The notes beneath the pieces were generated by a model. That model was not told where the DNA came from and made no database searches. It was given only the letters and a program-made list of their open reading frames with translations. Positions 1-11,972 of a stretch of 64,000 bases of DNA are shown in pieces; position 1 is the stretch's first letter, and each line of letters starts with the position of its first letter. The position numbers and the translations under genes were made by a program. The stretch comes from Lingula anatina. Lineage: Eukaryota > Animalia > Brachiopoda. Location of the stretch: assembly GCA_051362555.1 (NCBI GenBank), contig CM120646.1, positions 21,762,001 to 21,826,000 of the forward strand. The letters are read 5' to 3'.

Positions 1-5
1 TAAAT

Positions 6-3000
6 TTGGAATATGTGAAGAAACAAACTGAAATTAAACGCCAAAGAGCTTTGCTGGACGCTGAATTTGAATTAATTTCGGCTCAGAAGGATGCAGCAGC
101 CGCTGCGGCAGAAGCCGCCGCCCTTGACACAGATTCAGATAGCTCAAACTCTGATCTAGAATCACTTTTTATACTGCCTATGGATAAAACAAAGACTGAA
201 AAATACGTAGAAACTGTTCAAGGTCAAGTTAACACAGACACCCACGGCGTGACTGACGGAATGGACCCCCACGGTGTGACTGACGGAATGGACCCCCACA
301 GTGTAACTGACGGCAAGGTTCCCCATGGTGCAGCTGACGGAATGGACCCCCACGGTGTGACTCACGGCAAGGATCCTCACGGTGTAGCTGTCACGGCGGA
401 TTCCCACGGTGCGAAAGGTGAAATGCTCCATACGGATACCTATGGTGTGTCAGACTTTGTTCCTCGCCAGTCGCGACAAGACGTGACCAGTGACTTTCCA
501 GCCTATCTTCGCGGTACACCCGGCTACTTTTCTCGCGGACCAGAGGTACCAAATGCATTCCTTCCAAATGATCCTCACGGAACGCCGGTCTTCTATCCTC
601 GCCAACAAGATGTGCCCTATCTTGTGCAGTGCATCCCGCCTTTACCGCAGCCAGAGATTCCAGTGTTTAAGGGTGATGTATTGACTTATAGTGCATTCAT
701 GATTTCTTTTGAAACTAGAATAGAATCTAGAGTTGCATCAAACACTGATAGATTGTACTACCTTTATCAATACACAGATGGTGAACCGAAAGAATTGATA
801 AGTGGTTGTCTCTATATGCCAGATGGGTACAGAAGGGCACGTGAATTGTTGCATAAAGAGTATGGTAACGAATACAAAATTTCAATGGCATACTTGAATA
901 AATTGTTAGCCTGGCCCGCTGTTAGAGCGGAAGATGGTGTTGGTCTCAAGGGGCTTTCAGTGTATTTAGTTAAGTGTCATTCAGCAATGCTTCATTTGCA
1001 TAATTTACAAGTTCTCAATCATGCCCCACACATGCAAGCTATTGTTAAAAAGCTCCCCATGTACTCCCAGAACCGTTGGAGGGGTATTGTTGCAAAGGTT
1101 GTCAGAGATGAAAAAAGGTCTGTAGTGTTTTCAGATTTGGTCACCTTTATTGAACATGAATCAGAGGCAGTCAACGACCCGGTATTCGGAAGGGAGGCAC
1201 TTAAATCCGAAGGTCCCAGTGTGCAGACTACTCGCTTTCCACAGACAGAGACAGCATGCACGTCACCTATGAGAACTCACACGTCACATCCCCCAACGCC
1301 AAGGACCAGTGCACATCCACCAGGTTCAAGTTTCGCTGTGATCACTGATCAGGTATGTCCCCATTGTCAACAAACCCACAAGCTGAATGAATGTAGTGCT
1401 TTCTTAGAAATGCCCTTATCCGAGAGAAAACAACTTTTATTCAGCAAACGTCTTTGCATGGCATGTTTGGAGCCTAATCACATTGCTAAAGGGTGCTTGA
1501 ATAAACTTACCTGTTCAAAATGTCACAAAAAACACCCTACATCGTTACATGACCCTGATTTTCAACGCCAGAATGCAGTTACTAAGGTCAATGTGGTCAA
1601 TACTGCTGTCAATACTTCAAACAGTACTTCTGTCAGTCAGTCAACCATGATAGTGCCAGTTTGGATGTCGCATGAAAGTAACCCAGAAAGAGAACAGCTC
1701 ATTTACGCCATGCTTGACACTCAGTCAGATATTTCTTTTGTTCTGAGGAACACTTCTGATTCCCTACAGTTACAAGGCACACCTGTTAAATTGTCATTGT
1801 CAACCATGTCTGCGTGTAATCAGATTTTGGACAGTAGCAAGATCTCCGGTTTATCCGTGCGTGCATATGACGGTTCCGAGAGAATTACCTTACCACCCTG
1901 TTACACGAGAGACGTGATACCAGCCAATCGCGATCATATTCCATCCACCGGCATCGCCCACCAATGGCCCCATCTGCAACCGATTGCTGATAAATTGATT
2001 CCTCGAGGCGACTTTGAAGTAGGCTTACTCATCGGGTACAACTGCCCATCCGCTTTATTCCCGCGAGAGGTCATACCCCCTATGAATGACGGCCCTTACG
2101 CTCTTCGTACTAGCCTCGGTTGGAGTATAGTGGGAACGGGACTCGTTAACTACGATGGTGACCCAGGTTTCATAAGTCATCGTGTGATGATCCATGATGT
2201 GTCCCCAGAAGTCAAGTCGTCATACCAAATGAACGAGAAAGTGATCTTCTGCAAACCGAATCGTATCAAGGAAATATTTGTACCAAAGCACGTTGCGCAG
2301 ATGCTAGAACTCGATTTTAACGATCAACCGCTTGATACTGTCGCGCCTTCCCGTGAAGATTGCCGGTTTATAGACATACTCGAGAAAGGTATCCACGTAA
2401 CGAACGACGGACATTACGAAATGCCATTGCCGTTTAGAAAGGAGAATCCTGTTCTACCCAATGACCGAGAATTAGCTGTGAAACGCTTGTCGACTTTGCA
2501 ATCACGTTTTACAAAGGACCCAAACTACGCTCGCGAATACGCGAAATTCATGCAGTCGCTGATAGACAACGGACACGCTGAAAGAGTCACGAGTGACGTC
2601 AGTAAATGTACATGGTATATTCCCCACCATGGAGTGTACAATAAACAAAAACTGCGTGTTGTATTCGATTGTAGTGCACGATACAAGGACACGTCGTTGA
2701 ACGAACATTTACTGAAAGGACCTGACATGACCAACTCTCTAATTGGTGTTCTGCTGAGATTTCGCCATGAAACGGTCGCGTTCACGTGTGACATTGAGAA
2801 AATGTTTTATCAATTTCGTGTCAACGAAGAACACCGAGACTATTTGAGATTTCTGTGGTTTAAAGACAATGACTTTGAATCAGAACCTGTTGACTACCGC
2901 ATGTGTGTTCATTTATTTGGAGCAACCTCTTCTCCCGGCTGCGCATCATTTGCTTTGAAAAAGATGGCCAGTTTACACGAACATGAATGCGGCTCCGATG

Positions 3001-3602
3001 TGAAACACTTTATTCACAGAAATTTTTATGTGGACGATGGATTGAAGTCGACTGCTACTGAATCAGATGCCATAGAACTTCTGCGCCGATCCAGACAGCT
3101 TTGTGAGAAGCGAGGCATTCGTCTTCACAAGGTCATCTCGAACTCTAATGCAGTCATCCAATCAGTTCCACTTGGTGATCAAGCACACGACTGTGATGTC
3201 ATTGACATGAATGCAGACAAGTACTTACCTGAGAGAGCCCTTGGTGTTCAATGGTGTGTAGAAGTTGACCAGCTTCAATTCAGAATACTACTCAAAGATA
3301 GGCCATTAACTAGACGTGGCGTATTGTCTACGATCAGCTCGATCTTTGACCCGCTTGGATTTGTTGCTCCAGTTGTCATGGTCGGCAAGCGCATTCTACA
3401 GGAACTGTGTGCTGAGAATTTAGACTGGGACGACCCCATACCCGACAACCTACGATCACGGTGGGAGCAATGGAGGCTTGGTCTTCGCTCATTGGAATCT
3501 ATAAATTTGAAACGCTGTTACAAGCCGCCTGAATTTGGTTCAGTGTCGATTGCTGCGTTCAGAATGTGGTACAAATTTTATTGGGGCAGACAACGAGCTT
3601 AA
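6..3602 (+). CDS. BEL/Pao Gag-protease-reverse transcriptase polyprotein (start likely upstream of window; truncated at the beginning of RNase H)
   Basis: DUF1759-like IPVFKGDVLTY; triple Cys/His knuckle CPHC..H..C / CMAC..H..C / CSKC..H..LH; protease AMLDTQSD; RT motifs WYIPHHGV, LRVVFDCSA, DIEKMF, HLFGA, NFYVDD; Pao motif SIFDPLGFVAP. Confidence 0.93.
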   Translation: MEYVKKQTEIKRQRALLDAEFELISAQKDAAAAAAEAAALDTDSDSSNSDLESLFILPMDKTKTEKYVETVQGQVNTDTHGVTDGMDPHGVTDGMDPHSVTDGKVPHGAADGMDPHGVTHGKDPHGVAVTADSHGAKGEMLHTDTYGVSDFVPRQSRQDVTSDFPAYLRGTPGYFSRGPEVPNAFLPNDPHGTPVFYPRQQDVPYLVQCIPPLPQPEIPVFKGDVLTYSAFMISFETRIESRVASNTDRLYYLYQYTDGEPKELISGCLYMPDGYRRARELLHKEYGNEYKISMAYLNKLLAWPAVRAEDGVGLKGLSVYLVKCHSAMLHLHNLQVLNHAPHMQAIVKKLPMYSQNRWRGIVAKVVRDEKRSVVFSDLVTFIEHESEAVNDPVFGREALKSEGPSVQTTRFPQTETACTSPMRTHTSHPPTPRTSAHPPGSSFAVITDQVCPHCQQTHKLNECSAFLEMPLSERKQLLFSKRLCMACLEPNHIAKGCLNKLTCSKCHKKHPTSLHDPDFQRQNAVTKVNVVNTAVNTSNSTSVSQSTMIVPVWMSHESNPEREQLIYAMLDTQSDISFVLRNTSDSLQLQGTPVKLSLSTMSACNQILDSSKISGLSVRAYDGSERITLPPCYTRDVIPANRDHIPSTGIAHQWPHLQPIADKLIPRGDFEVGLLIGYNCPSALFPREVIPPMNDGPYALRTSLGWSIVGTGLVNYDGDPGFISHRVMIHDVSPEVKSSYQMNEKVIFCKPNRIKEIFVPKHVAQMLELDFNDQPLDTVAPSREDCRFIDILEKGIHVTNDGHYEMPLPFRKENPVLPNDRELAVKRLSTLQSRFTKDPNYAREYAKFMQSLIDNGHAERVTSDVSKCTWYIPHHGVYNKQKLRVVFDCSARYKDTSLNEHLLKGPDMTNSLIGVLLRFRHETVAFTCDIEKMFYQFRVNEEHRDYLRFLWFKDNDFESEPVDYRMCVHLFGATSSPGCASFALKKMASLHEHECGSDVKHFIHRNFYVDDGLKSTATESDAIELLRRSRQLCEKRGIRLHKVISNSNAVIQSVPLGDQAHDCDVIDMNADKYLPERALGVQWCVEVDQLQFRILLKDRPLTRRGVLSTISSIFDPLGFVAPVVMVGKRILQELCAENLDWDDPIPDNLRSRWEQWRLGLRSLESINLKRCYKPPEFGSVSIAAFRMWYKFYWGRQRA
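240..450 (+). repeat. In-frame 27-bp minisatellite in gag (PHGVTDGMD-like, about 5 good and 2-3 degenerate units)
   Basis: Repeated CCCCACGGTGTGACTGACGGAATGGAC. Confidence 0.9.
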
Positions 3603-4320
3603 AAGAGCACTCAGTGAAATGGATCAGCATACTTTGTCAGAATTTTTGAGGGAACGACAATGCGATTACATTCAATTTGAGTTTAATGCACCGTCGTCCA
3701 GCCATGCAGGAGGAGTCTGGGAACGTCAAATCCGAACTGTGAGAAATGTTTTGTCTTCTCTGCTTGAGCAGTCACAGTCTCAATTGAACGACGAGTCGTT
3801 ACGGACATTGATGCATGAAGTGACCGCAATTGTTAATTGCAGACCTCTTACCTCTGACAACCTAAATGACCCATGTTCCCTTGAGCCATTAACCCCCAAT
3901 CACTTGTTAACCACCAAAACAAATGTTATTCTCCCGCCTCCTGGTGAATTCCAGAAAGCAGACATGTATTGTAGAAAACACTGGAGAAGGGTTCAGTATT
4001 TATGTAATCAGTTTTGGTTTAGATGGCGCAAAGAAAATTTGCAAACCTTACAAGTGAGACAAAAATGGTTAAGGCCTAGACGCAATTTCTGTGTTGGAGA
4101 TATTGTTTTGATTAAAGATGAGAATTTTCCAAGAAATCTTTGGTCATTAGCAAGAGTTGAAAATGTTTATCCCAGTGATGATGAGCATGTCAGAAAAGTC
4201 AAAGTAGCAATGAGTACTCATGCATTAGATTCTGCTGGTCGAAGATTAGATCCAATTGTGTTTTTAGACAGACCAATTCAGAAGTTGGTACTTTTAGTTC
4301 CAAGCACTGATAATAATTAA
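3545..4320 (+). pseudogene. Integrase C-terminal half plus DUF5641-like tail, out of frame with upstream pol after a deletion
   Basis: RSECGTNFIGA, APSSSHAGGVWERQIR, VNCRPLT, LTPNHLL, FWFRWRKE, GDIVLIKD, RPIQKLVLL; the integrase zinc finger and first catalytic Asp region are missing. Confidence 0.9.
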
Positions 4321-5074
4321 TGATTTATTGCAGGGTTTAATCCCCGTCAAAAAGCCAATTGATAACCTAAATGTATACATTGCAAATTAAGTATAGCATT
4401 TTGCTGGATTAATAAATTAGAGTTTGATGGTGTAGTAGTAAGGAATTCAGTTGTTACAAAGCATCATCATCATTTTATATGGATGTCATGCATGAACAAA
4501 TTTAAATTGTAATTGCTATGTCTTAAGTGCACATTGTACATACTTAATTGGTTATCTATATTTAATGTTTGTTTTTGTTAAAGTATATATCTTTATTTAT
4601 TTAATAATCTAGAACTTTTCAGATAATAGTACAGTTAACAGTTGTGGCGTCTTTCTTAGAAGGTAATGTAAGAGCACATGGTTTTTTAATGTAAATGTTT
4701 GATTAAAACATGTAGTAGTTGTAAAGCATTTATAATGTTATTTCTATGGTAAACTAATGGTCAAAGGTCATTAAATGCTATTGTATATCAATGATATCAT
4801 ACGGTATATGGTTTATTAATTATATTTACAGATTATTATACTTTACAAACAGTTTATTAATTATATTTACGGTTTATTATAATTTATATACGGTTGCAAA
4901 TACGGTTAAGGGTAAAGATATCTCTGGTATATAAAATCATTAGTGATTTAGTAAATGGATTCCATGGTGTAAGGTTATTAGTGCTTGTCAATTCAATTTG
5001 ATTTAAAACGCCACTAATATAATGTATGTTTAAGTAATATTAATGTAAAAAAATAGTTATTTTTTGGGGAGCCA

Positions 5075-5333
5075 TGTAACTGCAACACGTGGAGCAGTGA
5101 TTAGTGCGAGTAGTCAGTGAGATGTGTTCATGTCACATGACACTCGGGTATATAGTTTAGATCCCGCCCTTACATTTTCAGTTTCAGCAACACGGGTCTC
5201 CGGGATCATATAGTTTTATGTTTTCATTAGTTTTCATAAGTTTTCATCAGTTTTCATCAGTTTATTCAGCGAAATACAATCTATTCAAACCAAGAACGCT
5301 TTTTGAGTTTTTAACGGTACGGTCACGGCAACA
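5075..5333 (+). repeat. 3' LTR of family A element (~259 bp)
   Basis: Starts TGTAAC right after the PPT; TATATA at ~5149; AGTTTTCATN repeats; ends GGCAACA. The 3' end is inferred because the 5' LTR and TSD are not in the window. Confidence 0.7.
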
Positions 5334-7664
5334 CCATATATCAATACAATCTTGGAAACGATAACAAGTATAGACAAATGCCAGAATGAGGTAACAGGAA
5401 AAAGATACTGAAAACCCGAAACAAATTTCCACGTGTTGACGCAAGCCTATGTGCTAACAACTGCAAGATGGTGGCAATGCTGTATCAGGGCAACCACGAA
5501 GGACCGCGAAAATTGCGTTATCAATGCAATAGAACAAAAGAAACTCACTAAGGCACATCGCACGCTACTTTGATAATAAGCTGTTCAGGCTCCCTTGGAG
5601 CTCTCAAAACAGATTATGTTAGACAATGGGCGTTTACCCGCACGCACATAGCTTCAAAGGAAGATGCCGCGTTTCCAGTCCTTTCCTTATTATGTCCAAG
5701 CTCAGCATAAACATAATAGCAACAGCATATTTTTTTCATGGAATGAATTTGTCCCATAATTTTCGACATCATAAAAATGTAACTTAGTAACCCAGATGTA
5801 AGGTAACACTGTGTATAAATTTTAAGCAGAGTGGATCCGAGAAATTCATAAGTACATGTACCAGTAAACAATTTTTTGTGTTTAAATGCAATGGCATATA
5901 TCAGAAGTTAAAGCAGAATTTTGTAGGGCATAAGAAGACAGCACTACATCTTTAAAAACTGTGATTGAAACAGCAAAAATGCTCATTAATGTGCTGTAGA
6001 TGTGAAATGTCATTAAAGAACATTGAACAAGTTCAAGGCAGCAAATAATGCAAATCTTAGTGAAAATTTTTTATCCTGCCATGTCACAAAAATTTTTAAG
6101 TGTAAGAAATTAAAAATACAATTACCAGTTGCAAGAGGATAAAGCATCAGTGGTAAAAAAATCTTGAAAACATTTTCTTTACACATCATGAGGCAACTTG
6201 TATCAATATATTTCACAATAATCATCATCACCAGGAAGTTGGATCTGAAACGAAGAAAAAAGTAGTATATATACCAGTATGTGTAACAGACATGAAGCAA
6301 GCACTTGTAAGCAAATTTTAAATTTCGACATTTTAATGTATCACTAAGGTATATGGTAAGGTATGGTAATTCTTAAACATTTTCATTTTTTGGTGTTTTC
6401 AGAGGCTTTTTAGAGCATGATAAACTTTTTGGTTGCCCCATCAGCTTTTGTTTGCCCACATATTCATAAAGTGGATTGAACCTTAATCCAGAGCCCAATT
6501 TAATAAGGGCATTAAGTAGTAAGAGGCGTTTTAGTCTAACCAGTGAATAATTTCTCCAAATGCCAGTTATAGGCAACTAACTGATAGTAGAAAAAGTGTC
6601 TAAAAAAGCTATTTCCTTAAAAGAATCATAGGGCCAGACACTTTTCACTGTGCACGCAGATAAATAGAATTTTCACAAGACATTTCGTACCATGAAAGAT
6701 GCGCCAACTTCCAACAAATTGCACTTACACTTTGTCTAAATATCAAAATGATAAGCCTTGCTGTTCGACCCTTTAAACCAATCAAAGCAGCTGAAGTGGG
6801 GTCACGTGATCACTTGACCTACATCTGATAGACGTAAACAATGAAATTCCATGTGGGTTTTTGTTATGTTTGCTAAAGGACTCCCACACATTGTCTCTGT
6901 CAGTAAAAAAATATGCCATAGGTTTTTAAAATCAATGTCAGTAGTGAGAGAAAGGTTAGAGAAGATGGACAAATAAATGCATTTATTCAATTCGCTAAAT
7001 GATGACAGGCATTAACTGCAAATAGATATGCTGTTCAGCCCGTGTGTACCGTATCACTTTTACTACAATTGCATAATGTCACACTAGTACACTATACAGT
7101 GATCGTGCAATTAGAGTGAATGCAGTTTAATTCTCAGGTGTGTCAAAGTGCATATAATCACTTTAAAAAAATTAGTTGACTCCATATTTCAGATCGATAA
7201 ATATAACAAAAACCCATGTGTAGAGTTTTACAATGTATCACAGAGACAGTCTGTTTATGTAGCTGCATAGTGCTCAAGATATCATTTCAAAAAATATTTA
7301 AGTGCTTGCACAAGGTTGAATTATAATTCAAGTATATATTAAATTGCAGAGGTTTAATTTATAGAAGTTTGTTCATTATAATTCATTGTACCATTGCCTG
7401 GTAAGAATAGCATATATTTAAAAGAAATTACAGCTCACAGTGAGCAAGGCTTTTTTTTATGTTTTTTTATGTTTAGTTTGGAATCACATTTAGAAGCTTT
7501 ACACTTGCAACTAACGGATAGCAAAACACTTTCAGGGGCTAGGTCCTGTGTCATCCACTTTACTTCAAGTTCATGGTTTATTGGGATGCAGTGCTTCAAT
7601 CCACTGCATGGTAGCAGACCTGTGGATTTTTGTTTAATATTTTGATCTCTCAATATGAAATGTA

Positions 7665-9828
7665 AACAAGGCAGCAAAGCTGGCAAATGTACAGACAAAG
7701 AACAGAAAATAAAGATGCAAATAAGTGAAAAATTAAATTTTCACAAAAAACTGTTAAATTGCCAGAAAAATTTACCAAACAGACTGCGTTGCCTATTGAA
7801 GCTGTATGTTAGACCCATGTTTCTTTCCTGTAAGTTTGAGAACAGTAAGTGACATGATTTCCCTTAAATGGTCAGCATAGGAGCAGTGCCCAAAATAGGG
7901 GTTTCTTCAAATTTTGATGCAACATTACATAATGTTTAACAGCATAATGACAATCAAATGTTATTAATAAAATATTAGTAACATGGACATTCAGAAAATG
8001 TGACAAGCAAAAGTCTTCAAGATCATGGAACTTTAAAGTCACACCTTGAAAATGCCAATATGTGAAAAATTAAATTTTCACAAAAAACTGTTTAACTGCC
8101 AAAATAAATAAATAAATAAATAAAAATACCAAACAGACTGCATTGCCTACTGAAGCTGTATTTTAGTCCCATGTTTCTTTCCTGTAAGTTTGAGAACAGT
8201 AAGTGACATGATTTTCCTTAAATGGTCATCATGGAAGCAGTGCCCAAAATAGGGGTTTCTTCAAATTTTGATGCAATATTACATAATGTTTAACAGCTTA
8301 ATGACCATCAATTTTTAATTATAAAATATTTGTTTCACAGATATTCAGAAAATGTGACTAGCAAAGGTCTTCAGGCCCATGGAACTTCAAAGTCACTCCT
8401 TGAAAATGCCAAAATGTAAACAAGACAGCACTGTTCTGAAATGGGTTTATTTCCATTTTTAACACTTTTTTAACATAAAACAAAATAAACATTTTACTGC
8501 CATTTTATATGACCAACTAAGAAAATTGATGAGATGGGAAAAGTATCAATAGAACAGTGTTAAATGTCCAATTTCCTCCATTCTGAGATTCTGAACATAG
8601 TGGATGATTGAATCTGACAAACTGCAATGATATGAGTTTATTTCCATTTTTGACACTTTATTACACAATACATGATAACAAGTTTACCATGTTTTTTACA
8701 TAATCAACAAACAATGTTGTAAAGATGCAGGAAATATCAAACAAACACTTTTAGGCATCTTATTAGTTAATAATGAGACTGCTAACATGCCTAATAATTG
8801 AATCTGAGGAAATGTGAAAAACAGTATAACTTCTAAAATAATGGCCCAATTATGCTGATTTTCGAACTCAACCTGCGTTTTAGTAAGATTGACCACTCCT
8901 GTGAGTATAATTACAATTGGCCAATCCGTTTTTCTTATATTGTGTTATCAGTGTTGTATTTATATTGAAAATAGTGAAAAAACAGCATAAATTCCCTAAA
9001 AATGGCCCAATCATGCTGATTTTCGAACTTGACCTGCGTATTATGAATATTCATCAGTTCTGTAAGTTTCAAGTCAAAAGGTAAAATGGTTTTCCACTTA
9101 TCGTGTTATCGGTGCTGCATATATGCTGAAAAAAGTGAAAAAACAGCATTAATTCCCTAAAAGTGGCCCGATCATGCTGATTTTCGAACTTGACCTGCGT
9201 ATTATGAATATTCATCAGTTCTGTAAGTTTCAAGTCAAAAGGTAAAATGGTTTTCCACTTATCGTGTTATCGGTGCTGCATATATGCTGAAAAAAGTGAA
9301 AAAACAGCATAAATTCCCTAAAAGTGGCCCGATCATGCTGATTTTTGAACTTGACCTGCGGATTATGAATATTCATCAGTTCTGTAAGTTTCAAGTCAAA
9401 AGGTAAATTGGTTTTCCACTTATCATGTTATCGGTGCTGCATATATGCTGAAAAAAGTGAAAAAACAGCATAAATTCCCTAAAAGTGGCCCGATCATGCT
9501 GATTTTCGAACTTGACCTGCGTATTATGAATATTCATCAGTTCTGTAAGTTTCAAGTCAAAAGGTAAAATGGTTTTCCACTTATCGTGTTATCGGTGCTG
9601 CATATATGCTGAAAAAAGTGAAAAAACAGCATAAATTCCCTAAAAGTGGCCCGATCATGCTGATTTTTGAACTTGACCTGCGGATTATGAATATTCATCA
9701 GTTCTGCAAGTTTCAAGTCAAAAGGTAAAATGGTTTTCCACTTATCGTGTTATCGGTAAAAGTGCACGGCGACGACAGACGCAGATGATGGCTATATGTA
9801 CAGACACATCTGTGTCTGTACATAAAAA
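7665..9828 (-). mobile_element. Non-autonomous Helentron-type element HINE-1 (short 2.2-kb copy)
   Basis: On the minus strand: starts TTTTT-ATGTACAGACACAGATGTGTCTGTACAT palindrome plus GTCGCC microsatellite; central 161- and 337-bp arrays; ends with subTIR GTCTGTACA, hairpin CAGC-TTT-GCTG and CTTGTT; no TSD. Confidence 0.8.
8980..9757. repeat. 161-bp tandem repeat, ~5 units
   Basis: ATCATGCTGA recurs at 9010, 9171, 9332, 9493, 9654. Confidence 0.95.
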
Positions 9829-9829
9829 A

Positions 9830-10230
9830 TAATCAGTCCTAAATACCCTAAACTGCACCAAATTGTACCTCGGTTTAAAAAATATTCCGGGGGAGCATGG
9901 TGACAGAGATTATTCTAAATGGTTAAAATATGTTAAACTATGTATATAGAATCAAAGGTAAATTTGTTTAGATATTATAATTATGTTATGTTTAATAGTC
10001 AAAACATAATTTTTCTAGATTGGAATTTGTAATTGTAATTATTCGGCTAGGCACTATTATTAAATCGGGAATTTTTCCAGGGGGCACAGTTATTCCGCTA
10101 GGCACTGTTATTAAATATCGGGAATTTTTCCAGGGGGCACAGTTATTCCGCTAGGCACTGTTATTAATTTTGGAAAGTTTTCTGGGGGGTACTGTTATTC
10201 CGGTAGGCACTGTTATTTGGCACTTCAGAG
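9830..10230. mobile_element. Terminal fragment of a TA-flanked DNA transposon/MITE with subterminal repeats
   Basis: Repeated TTATTCCGCTAGGCACTGTTATT blocks ending in CTTCAGAG|TA, the same terminus as the 14340-15394 element; left boundary uncertain. Confidence 0.55.
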
Positions 10231-10479
10231 TATGCTTAACTGCAAATTCAACATCAAATTTTAATTATGCTCAACAGGTAATACCAATGTAAGTAAATTG
10301 TGTAACAAGCATAAGGCTTCAGACCCATGGGAATTCAAGTTCACACTTTCAAAATACCTGAATGAGAAAAATGAAAATTTCACATAAAATTGCATAAATT
10401 TAATAATAAAGAAGCCAATTAGACTGCTTTTCCAACTCAGTCTTGTGTTTCTTTTTTGAAAGTTTTACAATCATAAGTA

Positions 10480-11247
10480 ACATGGTTTTCCCATAACGGA
10501 CATCATGGGAGCAGTGCCCAAAATAGGGGTTTCTTCAAATTTTGATGAAACATTACATAATGTTTAACAGCATAATGACCATCAATTTTTTATAATAAAA
10601 TATTAGTATCATGAATATTCAGAAAATGTGACTAGCAAAGTTCTTCAGGACCATGGAACTTCAAAGTCAAACCTTGAAAATGCTAATATGTAAAAAATTA
10701 AATTTTCACAAAAAACTGTTTAACTGCTAGAAAAATTTACCAAACAAACTGCATTGCCTACTGAAACTGTATTTTAGTCCCATGTTTCTTTCCTGTAAGT
10801 TTGAGAACAGTAAGTGACATGGTTTTCCTTAAATGGTCATCATGGGAGCAGTGCCCAAAATAGGGGTTTCTTCAAATTTTGATGAAACATTACATAATGT
10901 TTAACAGCATAATGACCATCAATTTTTTATAATAAAATATTAGTATCATGAATATTCAGAAAATGTGACTAGTAAAGTTCTTCAGGACCATGGAACTTCA
11001 AAGTCAAACCTTGAAAATGCTAATATGTAAAAAATTAAATTTTCACAAAAAACTGTTTAACTGCTAGAAAAATTTACCAAACAAACTGCATTGCCTACTG
11101 AAACTGTATTTTAGTCCCATGTTTCTTTCCTGTAAGTTTGAGAACAGTAAGTGACATGGTTTTCCTTAAATGGTCATCATGGGAGCAGTGCCCAAAATAG
11201 GGGTTTCCTCAAATTTTGATGAAACATTACATAATGTTTAACAGCAT
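10480..11247. repeat. 337-bp tandem repeat (HINE-1 internal array), interrupted by LTR insertion
   Basis: GCAGTGCCCAAAATAGGGG at 10511, 10848, 11185. Confidence 0.92.
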
Positions 11248-11913
11248 TGTTGTAGACGAGACGGTGATAGAAGCAACAAGAACGAAGTAAATAAATAAAT
11301 AAATAATTTAATAGCGAATAAATGGTTACAAAAATTGAATGAAAATAAAATTAAACCAAATCGAAATGGATCGCTGTCGGTTGGACTGCTATCAAGAGAT
11401 ACCACTGGCGTAAGCCGCCGGAATGACTGCTTGGTCGTGGGCAGATGAGTGGCGCAGGAGTCGAGTAGACCGATATCGAGCTGCCGGGTGACCGTCGAGT
11501 CTTGGGCCCACGAGTGGAGCAGGAGTAGACCGCTGTCAAGCCACCGAGGTGACCGCGGAGTTGTGGGCCGGTGCGAGGCGCTGGAGAGAACCGCTGCTGT
11601 CGAGCCGCCAGGGTGACCGCGGAGTCGTAGGCCGGTGCGAGGCGCTGGAGAGAACAGCTGCTGTCGAGCCGCCAGGGTGACCGCGGAGTCGTAGGCCGGT
11701 GCGAGGCGCTGGAGAGAACTGCTGCTGTCGAGCTGCCTGTCGTTGCTACAAGCTGTGGTCGTCGGAGTGTGTCGATGCCGCACTGCATACCGCTGTAGAA
11801 AACGTCCAGCTTATATAGCAGCTGGATGCAAAAACTGCTCAGTTACGGTGGTTGAATGCGTTCACTATTGGCAGAGTTCATTAAGTAGGGAAGTTGAGTA
11901 ACTGTCGCTGACA
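11248..11913 (-). repeat. 3' LTR family B (666 bp, 3 x 64-bp units)
   Basis: TGTCAGCGACAG...ACAACA on the minus strand; aligns with LTRs at 45789 and 50052. Confidence 0.95.
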
Positions 11914-11972
11914 TACCCCCTCGCAGTAACACGACTAACTGGAAGCGACAGTGTCAAAAAATAAATATATAA

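Larger units (their letters stand above)
1..5333 (+). mobile_element. BEL/Pao LTR retrotransposon (family A), 5' end outside window, internally deleted
   Basis: Gag-PR-RT ORF, integrase C-terminal ORF, AT-rich 3' UTR, purine tract TTTTTGGGGAGCCA, then a TG...CA LTR. Confidence 0.93.

Noticed and set aside
4321-5074. env-like third ORF in the family A 3' region
   Set aside because: AT-rich with stops in all frames; only short local duplications
5083-5438. CAACACGTGG / CCACGTGTTG inverted pair as the LTR boundary
   Set aside because: Only 10 bp around a palindromic E-box, and it does not give a CA terminus; GGCAACA at 5333 fits better
5450-7660. Possible decayed transposase or host exons
   Set aside because: No sustained ORF, recognisable motif or termini found by eye
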